A stretch of 62,183 nt of DNA, counting the filler, from Choristocarpus tenellus KU-1152 (taxonomy: Eukaryota; Protista; Phaeophyceae), in the NCBI GenBank assembly GCA_964200185.2. It is 11 parts of 11 records of this genome, joined end to end, with 100 filler letters (N's around TTAATTAATTAA, not from the genome) between each part and the next. Parts side by side here need not be neighbours in the genome. Positions count along the whole stretch, not along the records: positions 23,315 to 30,630 come from CAXNAD020006345.1; positions 30,731 to 35,418 come from CAXNAD020013460.1; 9 more parts are not named here. One strand, written 5' to 3'. Each line of letters opens with the position of its first letter. Position 1 is the first letter of the stretch. This document shows positions 23,369 to 35,418 of the stretch, piece by piece. Under the pieces are notes generated by a model that worked only from the letters and a program-made list of their open reading frames with translations, was not told where the DNA came from and did not search any database. The position numbers and the translations under genes were made by a program.

Positions 23369-24517
23369 TGGTGCTAAAAATATCGAAACTATATGATAAT
23401 TTTTTTCCAACGGTGTCCAAAGATCAATCGACGTTTAGGTAACAAACTTAACCAATATAACTGTCGTAATTCATAACGCCAACAGGAAATGACTTGCACT
23501 TGAAGCAGGACATCTAGCAGTTACTCATGTCCTGGAGGCACCGCAGGGTTAACACATTAGGCAGGTTGACGGTAAAGTCAAGACCCACAGTACTGCACAA
23601 TGCTCCAGTTTGTTGCGGTCATAACTTGCGACTTGAGAAAGATGATGTGAGGCAACACCTTCCATGAGAATTTCCAACACACAGGTTGCACTGTATCGGG
23701 AAGGCAGGGGTCCCAGATTTCTGACAGCTTCTTCCCCCCACACACACACCTTCAACTTACGGGAGCTTGAACACTCAGTAGCGTGGTGTGGTGTGGGCGT
23801 AATTTTAGCCATGTTCCCATGATATCATAGAAGTTGGGGGCCATGGTCTCTAATTTTTATCTAAAAACAGAGTTATTGAGCTCTATATCAACACTCATGC
23901 ACCTACTAAATTGAAGTAAAGTACATGCAGTAGCAGTACTGTCGATTTGTGCCCCTGGTATCCTTGAGTGCTACTTCAATCCAAAGGGCATGTGAAGTTC
24001 ATGGAAAGAGACGGTTGGACTTGAGTCAATCCTCATCTTGAGAATACTACTACAAACCATGTGGCCATTTTTTCCCACTGTTTATACGGAATATTGAGTC
24101 AAAACAATACACTGTTGGTGACAAACCAGCTTCAAAGTCATATATAGATAACTACCACACTTTGAAGTAATACTACTAGCAGCAACTAAGTAAGGGAAGG
24201 TGAAAATACTGAGACTCGTAGCTTTGCTACTTAGTTACACACTCAGGTCTACCGGTTGGAAGTCCTCCAAATTGTAAACAATGCTCCAAATCACTGTGTC
24301 CACACCATGGTAGCAAATGGATTTAACAGTCAGGAATAAACAGCTTAGATTAACGGTTGGGGGGTACGTCAGAGGATGAAGAATGTACAAGACATGTGCA
24401 CCAAGAGGGAAGATCCAATTGAGACCGGCAAGGGGCATAAGTCGTCCCACTTGACTCTCTGTAGTTAACCACAGTTCTACATCCCTAGGAAAGCTCCTTT
24501 TTCCTAGAGGTACACAC

Positions 24518-25347
24518 CTGACCTGTTGCTCTGCACTTGGGGCACGAGTGGGGCTTATCCATAAGGTATTTGATGCCATTGCAAAGGCCGCATGTTTTGA
24601 AAGTCAGTCCGAGGAAGCCTGTTTGACCACCCTAACCGAAGCAGATGAGGGACAATTTAATTGCAAGGGTTTTCAGGCGAAGGCGAGAACTTCACAATGT
24701 GGGACAAAGGAATAAAGAGAGGGAATGTTAAAACCAGTCATATATTCTTCATTAATGTAATGCCACAAATGATCATCGGTCACCTTGAGCGTCTAACAAG
24801 AAAATCTGTGCCGCACAATGACAAGGATCTCTAGGTCGAGGCACAAATCTTGTATTATAAGCAAGTGTCCTGCAGCGAATGAATGCCCCTTTATTTCAAG
24901 TCAGTTGGTGCCAGCAGAGGGGTCTAAAAGAATAGTTCCTGGGTGCCAGGATAAAAAGAAAAAGAGATAGGAGGCCGTATCCCGTCTACGATTGGACGTT
25001 GTAAGTGACATTCAAAACTCCAAGAGCGAAAAACTAGGTTTGAAGCCTCGCTACTTCACAAGAGACTCATAAGGTCGGCATAAGGGTTCGATGTAATGTC
25101 TCCAAACAATTTTCAACCAAATAAGAGCAACGGCTGTCCTGAGCAGTAAGTGAAATCTCTTTGGCTCGCAATGTACCTTTCCATTGCACGATGGACATCC
25201 TGTTGGTGGGCGCTGCAAGTAGCACCTACCCTGGCAGAGACGACAAGTCTTTCCTCCCCAGCCGAGCGTTTTATCTACTTTCCCTTTGCCATCGCACACA
25301 GGGCATCGATACATTTGGGCAGTCCCACGGACAGGTGTATCCCCCAT
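24518..25347 (-). CDS. Protein with repeated CxxCxG (DnaJ-type) zinc-finger motifs, 5' part
   Basis: Exon 25177-25347: MGDTPVRGTAQMYRCPVCDGKGKVDKTLGWGGKTCRLCQGRCYLQRPPTGCPSCNGK. Exon 24631 to 24523 or 24518: GGQTGFLGLTFKTCGLCNGIKYLMDKPHSCPKCRATG. They join in phase 0. A possible further exon lies near 23660-23750. Confidence 0.75.
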
Positions 25348-26098
25348 CGTGCTACAATCTATAAATAGGTATGCTCTGACCTTATTAACACTCAAACAGG
25401 AAAATTGAAAACGTGAAAAACGCCTCCCAGGATATACACTATATATTTAGGTTACAACATCAACCAAACTCAAACCCAGATTCAAGGAACAAAAGATGTA
25501 TACTCAGTTAGGTGGACTCACAGGTGATATTGAGTCGGCATCACGCTCCCGACATGGATGGGCAAATGCACGCCGACAATCTAAGGTAGAAAGTTAAGGC
25601 GTTCTTGGCCAGTTTATTCTCTTTGCAACGGTTTGAACACTACCAAGTTCACATCCTTCTACACTTCCTCACGTGCAATGATTCCTGGCTTACTTCTTGG
25701 ATCCTTTCCCTCCTTTTTCATCCTTCCCAGCTTAATATTTACCCCACTGATCAGTTCTTGGGTATGGTTATTTATGAAGCATACCCAGGCACCCTCATAA
25801 CATTTGTTGGATCTTTGTTCGTGTTGCCTGTTTGCACTCAATTCCCGAGGCACAAAGACTGTCCAATGTGTTCTTCTAGAACCTCTATCGCCTCTCCTCA
25901 GTTCTTTTCCTATTTTTTTCCTTGTTTCGAATGCAATGCTCTCCTCCAAAGACCCCTCAGGGTGGACACGAAACCTTCATTGGGACTAGACGTATTCCGT
26001 GGTGCTGCGCCCTCTGCAAGGCTTCATTGACCACGTCGCCCTCGCACATTCCTCATCTGACCTGATCTCTAGTACTCTCTTCCTTTCCTTGATATCAG

Positions 26099-29000
26099 AG
26101 ATATGGGCAATGGAGAAGGCGATATGTGCCATTGGCTGTATCGGCTATCGCCATGCTAACTCTTGGCACATGGGCATACTTTAGTGTGAGGTTTTTGTTT
26201 GTCACCCCCCAGTCCAAGCCTCCCGCTACTTCTACCGCTGAATACTACGAGAAGACTGGAGATGAGCCCCATGATCCCTCTTCTCCATCCCCAAAGAAGG
26301 GTCCTAAGGTAAACCAAGAGATTGCTTGCAATCCTCTTGCCACAGCATTCGCTTAGTCCCTCTCAAGATTGACTTTGCACCTGTGTCTTGTGATTTCTTC
26401 GTGCACAGCTTGAGTAATTGTAGATGTTAAGCTTCGGACAGGGGTTAAATCAAGTGATAATGCACTTTGCTGAATCCAGATGGTCAAATGTGGATGGTTT
26501 CTCTTGCTTCTCCTGGACTCACTTCATTCTGCGACCATGGAATAGCATGATGTGAGGTCATTAGACGGAAGCAATCGCCTCTTTTTCTGGCCCATCACAT
26601 TGTAATTCATTGGTATGCTTGAGCAGAGTGGCATGCATGACTCACCCAATCATGAACCCAATTGGGGACTTCGATAACTGTTTACAGCTTTATGGTCGCT
26701 CAGCATTTGTTATATAGCCGTAACACCCATATCCCAAGGGACGCGATCGCATTTGAAGCACCCAAGGTAGGCACAATTCCCAGCCCTCGGCACACCCAAT
26801 GCCCTGTGAAGTTGGTATGTTGTTTCTTCTGCGCATACAGGAAGATCTATTGTTAAATACACCTTGCACGCCTTTGACAGGATCCCAAGGCAGGACCAGA
26901 AGAGGGAGTTCGGCCTGAAGGGTTAGCAGAGCAACAAGAGAAAGCTGAAGAGGGGGAAGAGCAAGTAGGGGGTGAGGAAGGAGAGCATTTGCCTCAAAGA
27001 CTGCCACCGGCATTAGTTGGAGGTGGAGATGGGAATGAACAAAGGGTGGGGGGGGAGGGGCATACGGGAGGCTTCGTGAGGGAGATGGCAAATGAGGATC
27101 AGATCCCACGAAGTTTGTTGAGGGAGCTGTTTGAGCTGGGACAACAAAACCCAGGAGAACTTGCTAGGAAACTGGAAGAGGAGGACCCTCTTGGGGTGAG
27201 TGAGAGGTGTGAGGAGCTTCCTTTGGATGTTCTTCTGTGTGTGTGTGTGTGTTCTGTATATCCTATTCAGGAATTTTGTGGTGCTTCAAAGAGGTTTGAA
27301 TTTGTTGGCTGCTGATTAGAAGATGTGTCGTTGATGGTATCGGGGAGAGGAGAGGAGTGAAATGCGGTTTTGTGGTTGGTTGGCTAATTGTTGTGTGTGT
27401 CCCTTTGTGGGTTAGGAGTATATATTAGTACTACTTGTAAGCATGTAGTAGTTGTACACCAAGTAGGAGGGCACATATCAAAGTGTAGGTTTAGTTCATT
27501 GTCTGCAAGATGCTGTCACACATGCAAGGAAACATGTTCCCACAACTGTGTGATTGTAGTTTCAATGAGACATAGTAAATCACAGGCATTTATTTAGTTT
27601 TGGTGCTATCTCTATCACTGCGATCATGAGTAATCTGTTACCTTTCTAGGGCTGGATGTGGATACCTTGCTCGTGCCTAGCACATACTGTTTTACCAGGC
27701 ATGGCGTGATGAAGGTCAAGCATCATTTTTGAAATTATGCACACAAACAGATTGAGCTCCTTATCGATAACAATGTATCGATAAACAGAGTTTACCCTTG
27801 GCAAATTCATTCAACCATCAACTAATCTTGTCATAGTTTTGAAGGGATCACTCTTGTCCTCCTACCTTGAGGACAAGGCGTGAGCACTCACAAATAGTAG
27901 TAATCCACTTACCTACATCCAGGCTGGAACGCCTGCCATAATGTATGTGCAGTGGGGTACGAGAAGCGTGTTGTCATGCTGAAGCATACCTCTCTACAAC
28001 AATTTTTTTTTAAATACACCACGCAATAGAATAAATAGATCAAAATTTTCTCCCAGCAATTTTGGCAATGCAACGTTTTTTGTTTTTGTTTTTTTTGGGG
28101 GGGGCTGGTGTTTCGTTGGCTTTCGATACCTGATACACCGATAATGTTTTACCCATTAGATCTGAGTTGACTTTATCCTGTTTGTGGGTGCGAAGTACAT
28201 TGAGTTAGGGGTAGGGGTAGGGTTAGCATCACCAGGTTGTGACCTTGACGCTGGATGGGTTGTTTCTAATGAAAGAGGTCTCCTTGGTGGTGGAGGAAGG
28301 GACTACTGTACTGTTGCAACAAGAGTGGACAGTAGTGCAATGTGTTGAAGGAGATGCATGTGAGGTGGTTGTTCTCACTCCGTTAGCCATTGAACATGTT
28401 GATTAGATTTGTACCTTCTAGACCAACCACAACGATGGATGTCTGCACACATGACCTGCCTGGTTCAGGGTTGGTTGTACTGCGTGTGTGTGCGCGCGCT
28501 TCACTTCACTTCACTTTACTTCTGATATTGTAAATATCATTTCGTGTTGTGTACTGGTCATGATATTGTCGTGGGTTTGGATTTGAATTGGAAGGCCCGA
28601 CGCATTTCAGACTGTAAAGGAATACTGTGCCGTACGTTATAGTTGCAACAGCTGGCAACTACCACTCTTTGGACAACCCTGTTTGTAGTAATTACAATGA
28701 TCTTCCTAATCAAGGGTAGGGGATTGGTGGGGGTTTTTGGTCATGCGAAAATATCTGCTGCCCCTATTCATCTACACCCCGACAAGCCCCGGATTCAACT
28801 TTTGTGCATAGATTCACTCACCTCATAGCGGCCCTGTCGTTTCCACTTGATCACCCAACTTCATACCCAAATCTGTTTACTCTCAGATCATGGCATGGGC
28901 CCTTTCCTATTTGCCTTCTCCTATTTTCCCTCTCCACTCCTTCCCCCACCTCAACCACCTGTGCTTTCTGCTGCCTGTCTCTGCGAAATGGTTCATGCAC

Positions 29001-29177
29001 GAAGGTGGGTATGGATGACCCGCAGGAGTTTGTATGCCCTGCTGAGGCGTACCGATTTTCTGAGCCAGACTTACGTAACAGGACAAAGGAGGCTGTCTTT
29101 AAGAAGGGTGGGGGGTTTATCTATTATCAACACCTTCGGAAGGCGGGGGGTACAGGATTCTGCGACACTGCAAGAAG
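26099..29177 (+). CDS. Type II membrane (Golgi-type) sulfotransferase-like protein, 5' part
   Basis: Exon 26099-26308 has a basic stretch plus TM helix (RRRYVPLAVSAIAMLTLGTWAYFSV). Exon 26881-27195 is an acidic stem. Exon 29005-29177 has FIYYQHLRKAGGTGFC, matching the 5'-PAPS-binding loop HxxKxGGT. All joins are in phase. Start exon uncertain. Confidence 0.8.
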
Positions 29178-30545
29178 GTATACCTTTTGCGAGGGTCTGG
29201 GGTACAGATTTTTTCTCAACTGCATGCAGTGTTAGGTTTAGGGTCAGGATGGTGATTATTGTAAGCATAGGTGCTATGAGAGCTGCATGCTCTTTCCCCC
29301 CCCCCTCCCCGTCAGTAAATGGTGTTGCCAACTCCTGAAATACTCAAAGCTTTCACCGAAATTCTAATCTCCCATCTCCCTAAAGACAAACCTGGCATTG
29401 AGTGAAGTGTCTGGCATCCAAACTTGTACCTAAAAAAAGTAACAGATTTATCCTTTTTGGCTTTGAATGGAAACAGAACAGTCAAGTTTGAAAAAAAAAA
29501 CCTTGCATGATAGGCTGTCCAGAAATATATATGTCTGAGCGCACTGAGCTGAGGTTTGGGTGGTACTACTATACGGTAAAATAAAAATATTTGTATTTAT
29601 ATATAAATATATATATATGTACTCCATACTCAGTGTACGATATGATTATTTAGTTAGGTATAGGACTATAAATAGGAATATTGAGAGGAAGAGAAGGGGG
29701 ACACAGGGGGAGGCAGAGGGGCATTTTTGGTCTGTGTGCATGCAGTATTTGAGAGAGAGAGAGAGAGAGAGCGTATTATTGTGACTGATGAGTGATAGTA
29801 ATGTCGCTACCTCTTTCGCCAGTTGGAAAAACTTTTTTTTGATATTAATATTGAAAATGGTAACGTTTGTGTAAAAAAAAAAAATCTTGTTCCGTGTCGT
29901 GAGTACCGAATTATTTTATTGGTAGAAAAGGAGATGCTTTTTTTTAATTGCTGGGCAGCAAAAATAGCCCTCGTAATATATGTATATATATATGCCTAAA
30001 AATAGAGTGGTGAGGTTCTCCACCTTCAAAACCTGGGAAGAGAGTTGGATACACAACGTGGGTGGAGGAGGAGTTGCTGCACTTGATGTATATACTTCTT
30101 TTTTTTAATCACATACTTTTCTTTTTTTTCAGTATTGCCTTCCAGTGTTGTTGTGTAGGTGCTTGCTGCAGGTGGGGCGGGAATGAAGGAGGAGAGAGTT
30201 AGGGTTAGGGTTAGAAAGGGATTGTGTTTCTGTCTGTTGATAAATAAATAAAAAGAATTGCAATTCTTTCATTTTTTTCTCGAGGTTGCAGTGGAGGTGG
30301 AGGTCATGCCCTCCATGGTGGTCCTGTAGTGTACCGGCTCTTTTCATTGTCATGTTGCTGTGTCTTGGGCTCCGGAGTATGGCCTCCTTGAATATTAGAT
30401 TCAGGAGAAGCAAAAAAGTGGGGCGTGCATGCAATTGAAAGGCTGGCTCTCCGGGCTTAATCAGGAACATGGATTCAGTACAAACACTCTGTAGTACAGC
30501 ACACATGTATATGTATATATATATATGGCTCTCGTCTCCTCCCCC

Positions 30546-30630
30546 CCACACCCACACCCACACCCACACCCACACCCACACCCACACCCACACCCACACC
30601 CACACCCACACCCACACCCACACCCACACC
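30546..30630. repeat. (CACACC)n microsatellite at contig end
   Basis: About 14 units running into Ns. Confidence 0.95.
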
Positions 30631-31020
30631 NNNNNNNNNNNNNNNNNNNNNNNNNNNNNNNNNNNNNNNNNNNNTTAATTAATTAANNNNNNNNNNNNNN
30701 NNNNNNNNNNNNNNNNNNNNNNNNNNNNNNTTTTTTTATGTGGCCCCATCTTACCAGTTTTCTTTTTCTTTCTCGCCGCCTAATCTGTTCCCTTTTCCTT
30801 TTTTCTTTTTTTTTTTTTCTAGTTGGTGGGTCCACAGACTGCCTCCTCGCTCCCTCTACCTACCTACCTCTTCATGCCAAGTGCCTTAAAATTTGATTGA
30901 TGATTACTGACAGAAAAGTGGGGCTGTTCCGAGGTCGAGCATGTTTTGACGCAAGGACCACTCGTCAATTAAGGTACAGGTAGCAGTACTTCACAAAAGG
31001 GGTACGGCAAAGCAGGAGTG

Positions 31021-31081
31021 GAGTACCATCCCACAAGTACGAGTACCATCCCACAAGTACGAGTACCATCCCACAAGTACG
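31021..31081. repeat. 20-bp tandem repeat x3 in a GTAC-rich region
   Basis: GAGTACCATCCCACAAGTAC x3. Confidence 0.9.
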
Positions 31082-34000
31082 GGTTCATTTTTGCAATACT
31101 CTTATGCAGTACAGTGGTTCCATTGCCGTGGAGTAAATATCGTAGGTGCCATGTAGGAACCACATTTACTGCGCAGTAGTACAGCAGTACCAGCATTGTA
31201 GGTACCGTGTAGGAAATATGGGTACAAGTAGTGGGGCAGTGTCATGCAGAAAGAAGAACCGTACAGTTTGACAGTGATACCAGAGGTACCAGAGATAAGA
31301 GTGTCATGCAGAGAGTACAACACAGTGTTCAGTAGCAACAGTGTCACACAGAGAGTACAACGCAGTGCAAGGTAGTACAACACTAGTACTTGTACCATAC
31401 AAGAGATACAACCAACGTTCAGGACTACTAAAAGTACCAGTAGCAGTACCATCCAGAAAGTTCAAGCGCTGTAGAGTAGTACTAGCACCGTGCTGTAAGT
31501 ACGAGCACCAATTCAGGAGTACAACAGTTCTAACCCTAACCCTAACCCTAACCTTGCGAGGACAGGTGAGTAGTGCTAACGCCATGCAGGAGAGCACAAG
31601 CACCTTAAAGTTATATAACCAATGGGAACCGCATTACGTAGGCCGGTACGTAGTATTTTCCAGGCGTTTCACTCTGTCGTTGAGTATATATGCCAGCGCA
31701 CGTCACGTGGTACCTCCCTACTCTTGCTTCCTAGAGGACCCTCCTATTTTCAAAATAGTGGAAGGGTTAGGGATAGGCAAGGGTTCTAGTCAAAGCGCCG
31801 AGGACTCTTGGAAAGGGTTAGGGTTTTGAGCCATGTTGTCGTATCCTGCCAATGGTTACAACTGCACCAGATGAAGTCTATTGTGTACACTGCAGAGGGG
31901 CTGGAGAAGGCTTCGAAAGGTAGAAGAAAAAAAAAATACAATCAGAAAAGAAAAAAAAAAAGGTCGAAACCCCTCTCTGCCCTTTTGGTGGTTATTTATA
32001 TTCACTACACTCCAAAAAAACCCAAGAAAATCCGTTACATAGTATGGATCAAAATGTGGTATTTCAAAGTGCGTTCTTTTGAATTTTAGGCACATGTAGT
32101 AGTTCTTGCCAAAGAACGACGTCTTAGACCACATTATTTTTTTGGAAGGAAACACCGAGGTTTTCAGAGCATTGTACGCACATATATTTCAGGTCCACTC
32201 AACCTAGTCAAGGACAAAACTCCCCAAGGCATCCCTCGTCTCCCAGCAACCAACCCCCTGGGCGGTTCCATCCCCCACACATGAACCAACTCCTGGTTCA
32301 ATACTAGTCAAGCGCCTGGGCGCTTATCAGAGAGGTAAAGGACAGAGAATCCTTCAGAGAAGTGAGGCAGTTGTAACTGTCCCAAACAATTCCGAATGTA
32401 TTTTTAAAAGAAAATGCTTGTCCCTTCCAAAGGCATCAAAGTTCATTAGTCTCACCCTGCCTCATTCGGGTAGATAATGATAGTTTTCACAGGTAGGCGA
32501 TACATTCCATATCATGAATACATCGCATTTTAATACGGATGTATCAAAGACGTCAAAGAAACCACCACGAACGTTATTACAAGCATGTAAAACAAAAGTG
32601 GTAGCACTGCTTTACCTGTTGAGTGTGAGTCATTAACTCTAGGATTAGCATGAGGGTTAGGATGAGGTTATCATGAACGGAAATATTTGGATCTTGAACC
32701 CAAACACTCCAGAGGCTTGAAATCTCCGAGGGCAATCTTGCACAATATGCCGAACGGATAAGATTGACACAAATAGAGGATATCAAGAATCTCCCCTGAC
32801 ATGACTGCACCTTAGGTTAACTGTAATGAGCAAGAAACGGATGGCAGCAGCATAACGTTCACATCTACGGGAAATGTTCACATCGTTCGTACCGTTTGCT
32901 TTCCTGGTTGGATGGTTGATAAATCAAGCTGAGTTCTTTGGGACCCAATGGAGAAGGTAACATGCCCTCGATACAAATGGAAGCACACCCAATGGTTCAG
33001 GATGACCACCAACAAAACCAATTGTGGTGCAGATGGCATAGTCCGCAAAGCGACTGAACACACGCCCCTGAGCTAATCCCAAAAGAGAAAAGCAGGAACC
33101 ATAAGGACATCAGCCATTGTTTCTTCAGCGTCCCCCGTGTAAGCCCTGCAATTTGGATACTGTTACGTGGATCATCTTTCAAGAGTCGTCATTTTAACTT
33201 ATGGCTATCCTTGACCCACAAGATCTCCACCCGAGACATCGTCAGGGCACCCTTTAAGTTCGCTCTCCATCCCATAGGGGGTGAGAATCGTCATTGGATC
33301 TCCCTCAAGTCATGCATTGGGCTAGCCTTCGATATAAATTGGTCATGTACCTTTTCTTTTCGACGCCCCAATTTTCGACGCCAGATCATCCCTCCTATAT
33401 CTCACCCTGCTAAGGTCCATCCAACCCATACTAAATATATAATCAGAGAAGATTTGAGGCCGCAAATCATTGGCCTTGGTGACCAACCCCATTATTTATC
33501 TTGCCACCGAGACCATCTCATGTGACTGCAGTCATCTCTCACCGTGCAAGGAAACGATAATTCTTGAGGGTAGGTTGTGCGCAGCGGTAGACATCGTCCT
33601 CAACTGAGCCGAAGCGGAATGGGGGCACCACCAGCTCCCGACGGTAGAGTCTCGTGGTCAACATCCCTACGACACTCAAATCGACATTGTTGTGTTGGAC
33701 AATTTTGAAATGGAAATAGACTTAATCGGGTATAGCTACTCCACTTGTACATACAGACAGGAACGGGTATAGGGTTTAGGGAGTATATTAACCAGGATAG
33801 TATACCTCCAAGTATTTGTTTTGGTCCTCCAAAAGAGTGGGTTATATATTTATAGTAAGGGACAGACAGGTTTCCTTTTTAGGATCTCTCAAATCATCTG
33901 TATAATGCGTGTAGTCATATGTATTTGCGCGCGTCGCCTCTTGCAATTGAGGGCAGTCAAGGTGATGTGCTGTTGGTCAGACACATACATGACCACCTCG

Positions 34001-34304
34001 CATAAATTGTGAATTCAAACAGGAAAGGCTAGGATTGCGTTTACTGTTCTGACTGTTCGCAACCAATCACAGTAGTAGTGGAGATGGATCAACATTCTAC
34101 ACTAACACTGTCAACGTATGCCTACCATGCCTCAGCCCCATCTTTCACTTCCTGAACCTCAACTCTGACCTTTCTCATCACCTGACGCAGAATCAGGTTC
34201 CATAACATCTAAAATGTCAAATAATAATTGTAGGCTTTAGTTGCCCCAACGAGAAAGTAAGGATGTTGCAAATGGTTCAACCACTTCCTCACCAAAGGTG
34301 CTCC

Positions 34305-34484
34305 GGCTCAAAGTATCTGGAGGGGGGCGGCCGCTGTCCATTTGGGGTCATTTTTTTCATATCGCGATTTTTTGGGTGATTTGGTTGCATACGTCGGATG
34401 GACAATGTAAATGCACTTTTCCTGATTTGGGCCAAACAGACACCCTGGTGTAGCCCCCTCCCCCCCCCCCAGATACTTTGGGTC
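34305..34484 (+). mobile_element. MITE family A, complete (180 bp)
   Basis: Termini GGCTCAAAGTATCTGG / CCAGATACTTTGGGTC, flanked by TCC/TCC. Confidence 0.9.
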
Positions 34485-34694
34485 TCCCGCCTTTGGAGAA
34501 CAGGACTACACACACTTACTTCACTGTTGGGGAATAGTAACTTGCCCAAGAAGCCCCTCTTCGAAAACCTGTTATATTGGAAAGAGGTCCCTATAATCCA
34601 AACAGCCCGAGTAACCCCTCCTCTCTAGCGCCCACTACTCTCCAAATCAAACCCTTCTAATGCATCTGAGACTCATTTCGAGTGAATTGCAGCT

Positions 34695-34874
34695 GACCCA
34701 AAGTATCTGGGTGGGTGGGTGAGGTCTACACCAGAGTGTCCATTTGGACCAAAACCAGGAAAAGTGCACTTTCATTATATCCATCCAATGTATGGAACCA
34801 AATCACCCAAAAATCGCGATATGAAAAATTGGTCCCAAAAGGACAGCCGCCACCCCCCCCAGATACTTTGAGCC
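34695..34874 (-). mobile_element. MITE family A, complete, inverted
   Basis: Termini GACCCAAAGTATCTGG / CCAGATACTTTGAGCC, flanked by CAGCT/CAGCT. Confidence 0.9.
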
Positions 34875-35341
34875 CAGCTTTTATTACCTCACCTTCCCTC
34901 TTTTTTAATTTCAATGGGAGTCAATCGCTTCTTGGCCAAGTTTGTCCCTGCCCATATCCTCCCTGAATGTAATGCAAATTCTTTGGGCTCTACCTCTGGA
35001 ATACACAATTTTCTTCATGTTTCCCTTCAAGTCCCTCCATTGCTTCTTTCTTCCTTACTAGTCTCCTCAACTTGCTACCATCTCCCTTCCATTGCGCCAT
35101 CAATGCATTCCGTTGTGACGGAAACATCCTGACCTTCTAAGAGTACCTTCATGGATCTCCAGTCCACCCTTCTTACCGTACACCTTCGTGTGCCCACTAA
35201 CATCCCTTCCCTTCGTTGATCCGCCTTTCCCGTTTGAACAGTACTTCCACAGTCCTATAATAGAGTCTCGTGATCAACATCCCTATGATACCCAAATCAA
35301 CATAGCAAGAACAGTACGTGATGTTCGTAAGTATGAGTGCT

Positions 35342-35418
35342 GGCTCAAAGTATCTGAGCCAAAGTATCTTAGAGGGTAGAGCCGCGTCCATTTGGGGTTC
35401 AAAATCCAATGTTCCGAT
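35342..35418 (+). mobile_element. Family B MITE inserted in the terminal repeat of a family A MITE
   Basis: GGCTCAAAGTATCT is followed immediately by GAGCCAAAGTATCTTAGAGGGTAGAGCCGCGTCCATTTGGGG, then the gap. Confidence 0.75.

Noticed and set aside
23850-24480. Gypsy integrase remnant suggested by GRLMPL
   Set aside because: No convincing catalytic motifs follow, and the region is better explained as intron of the zinc-finger gene.
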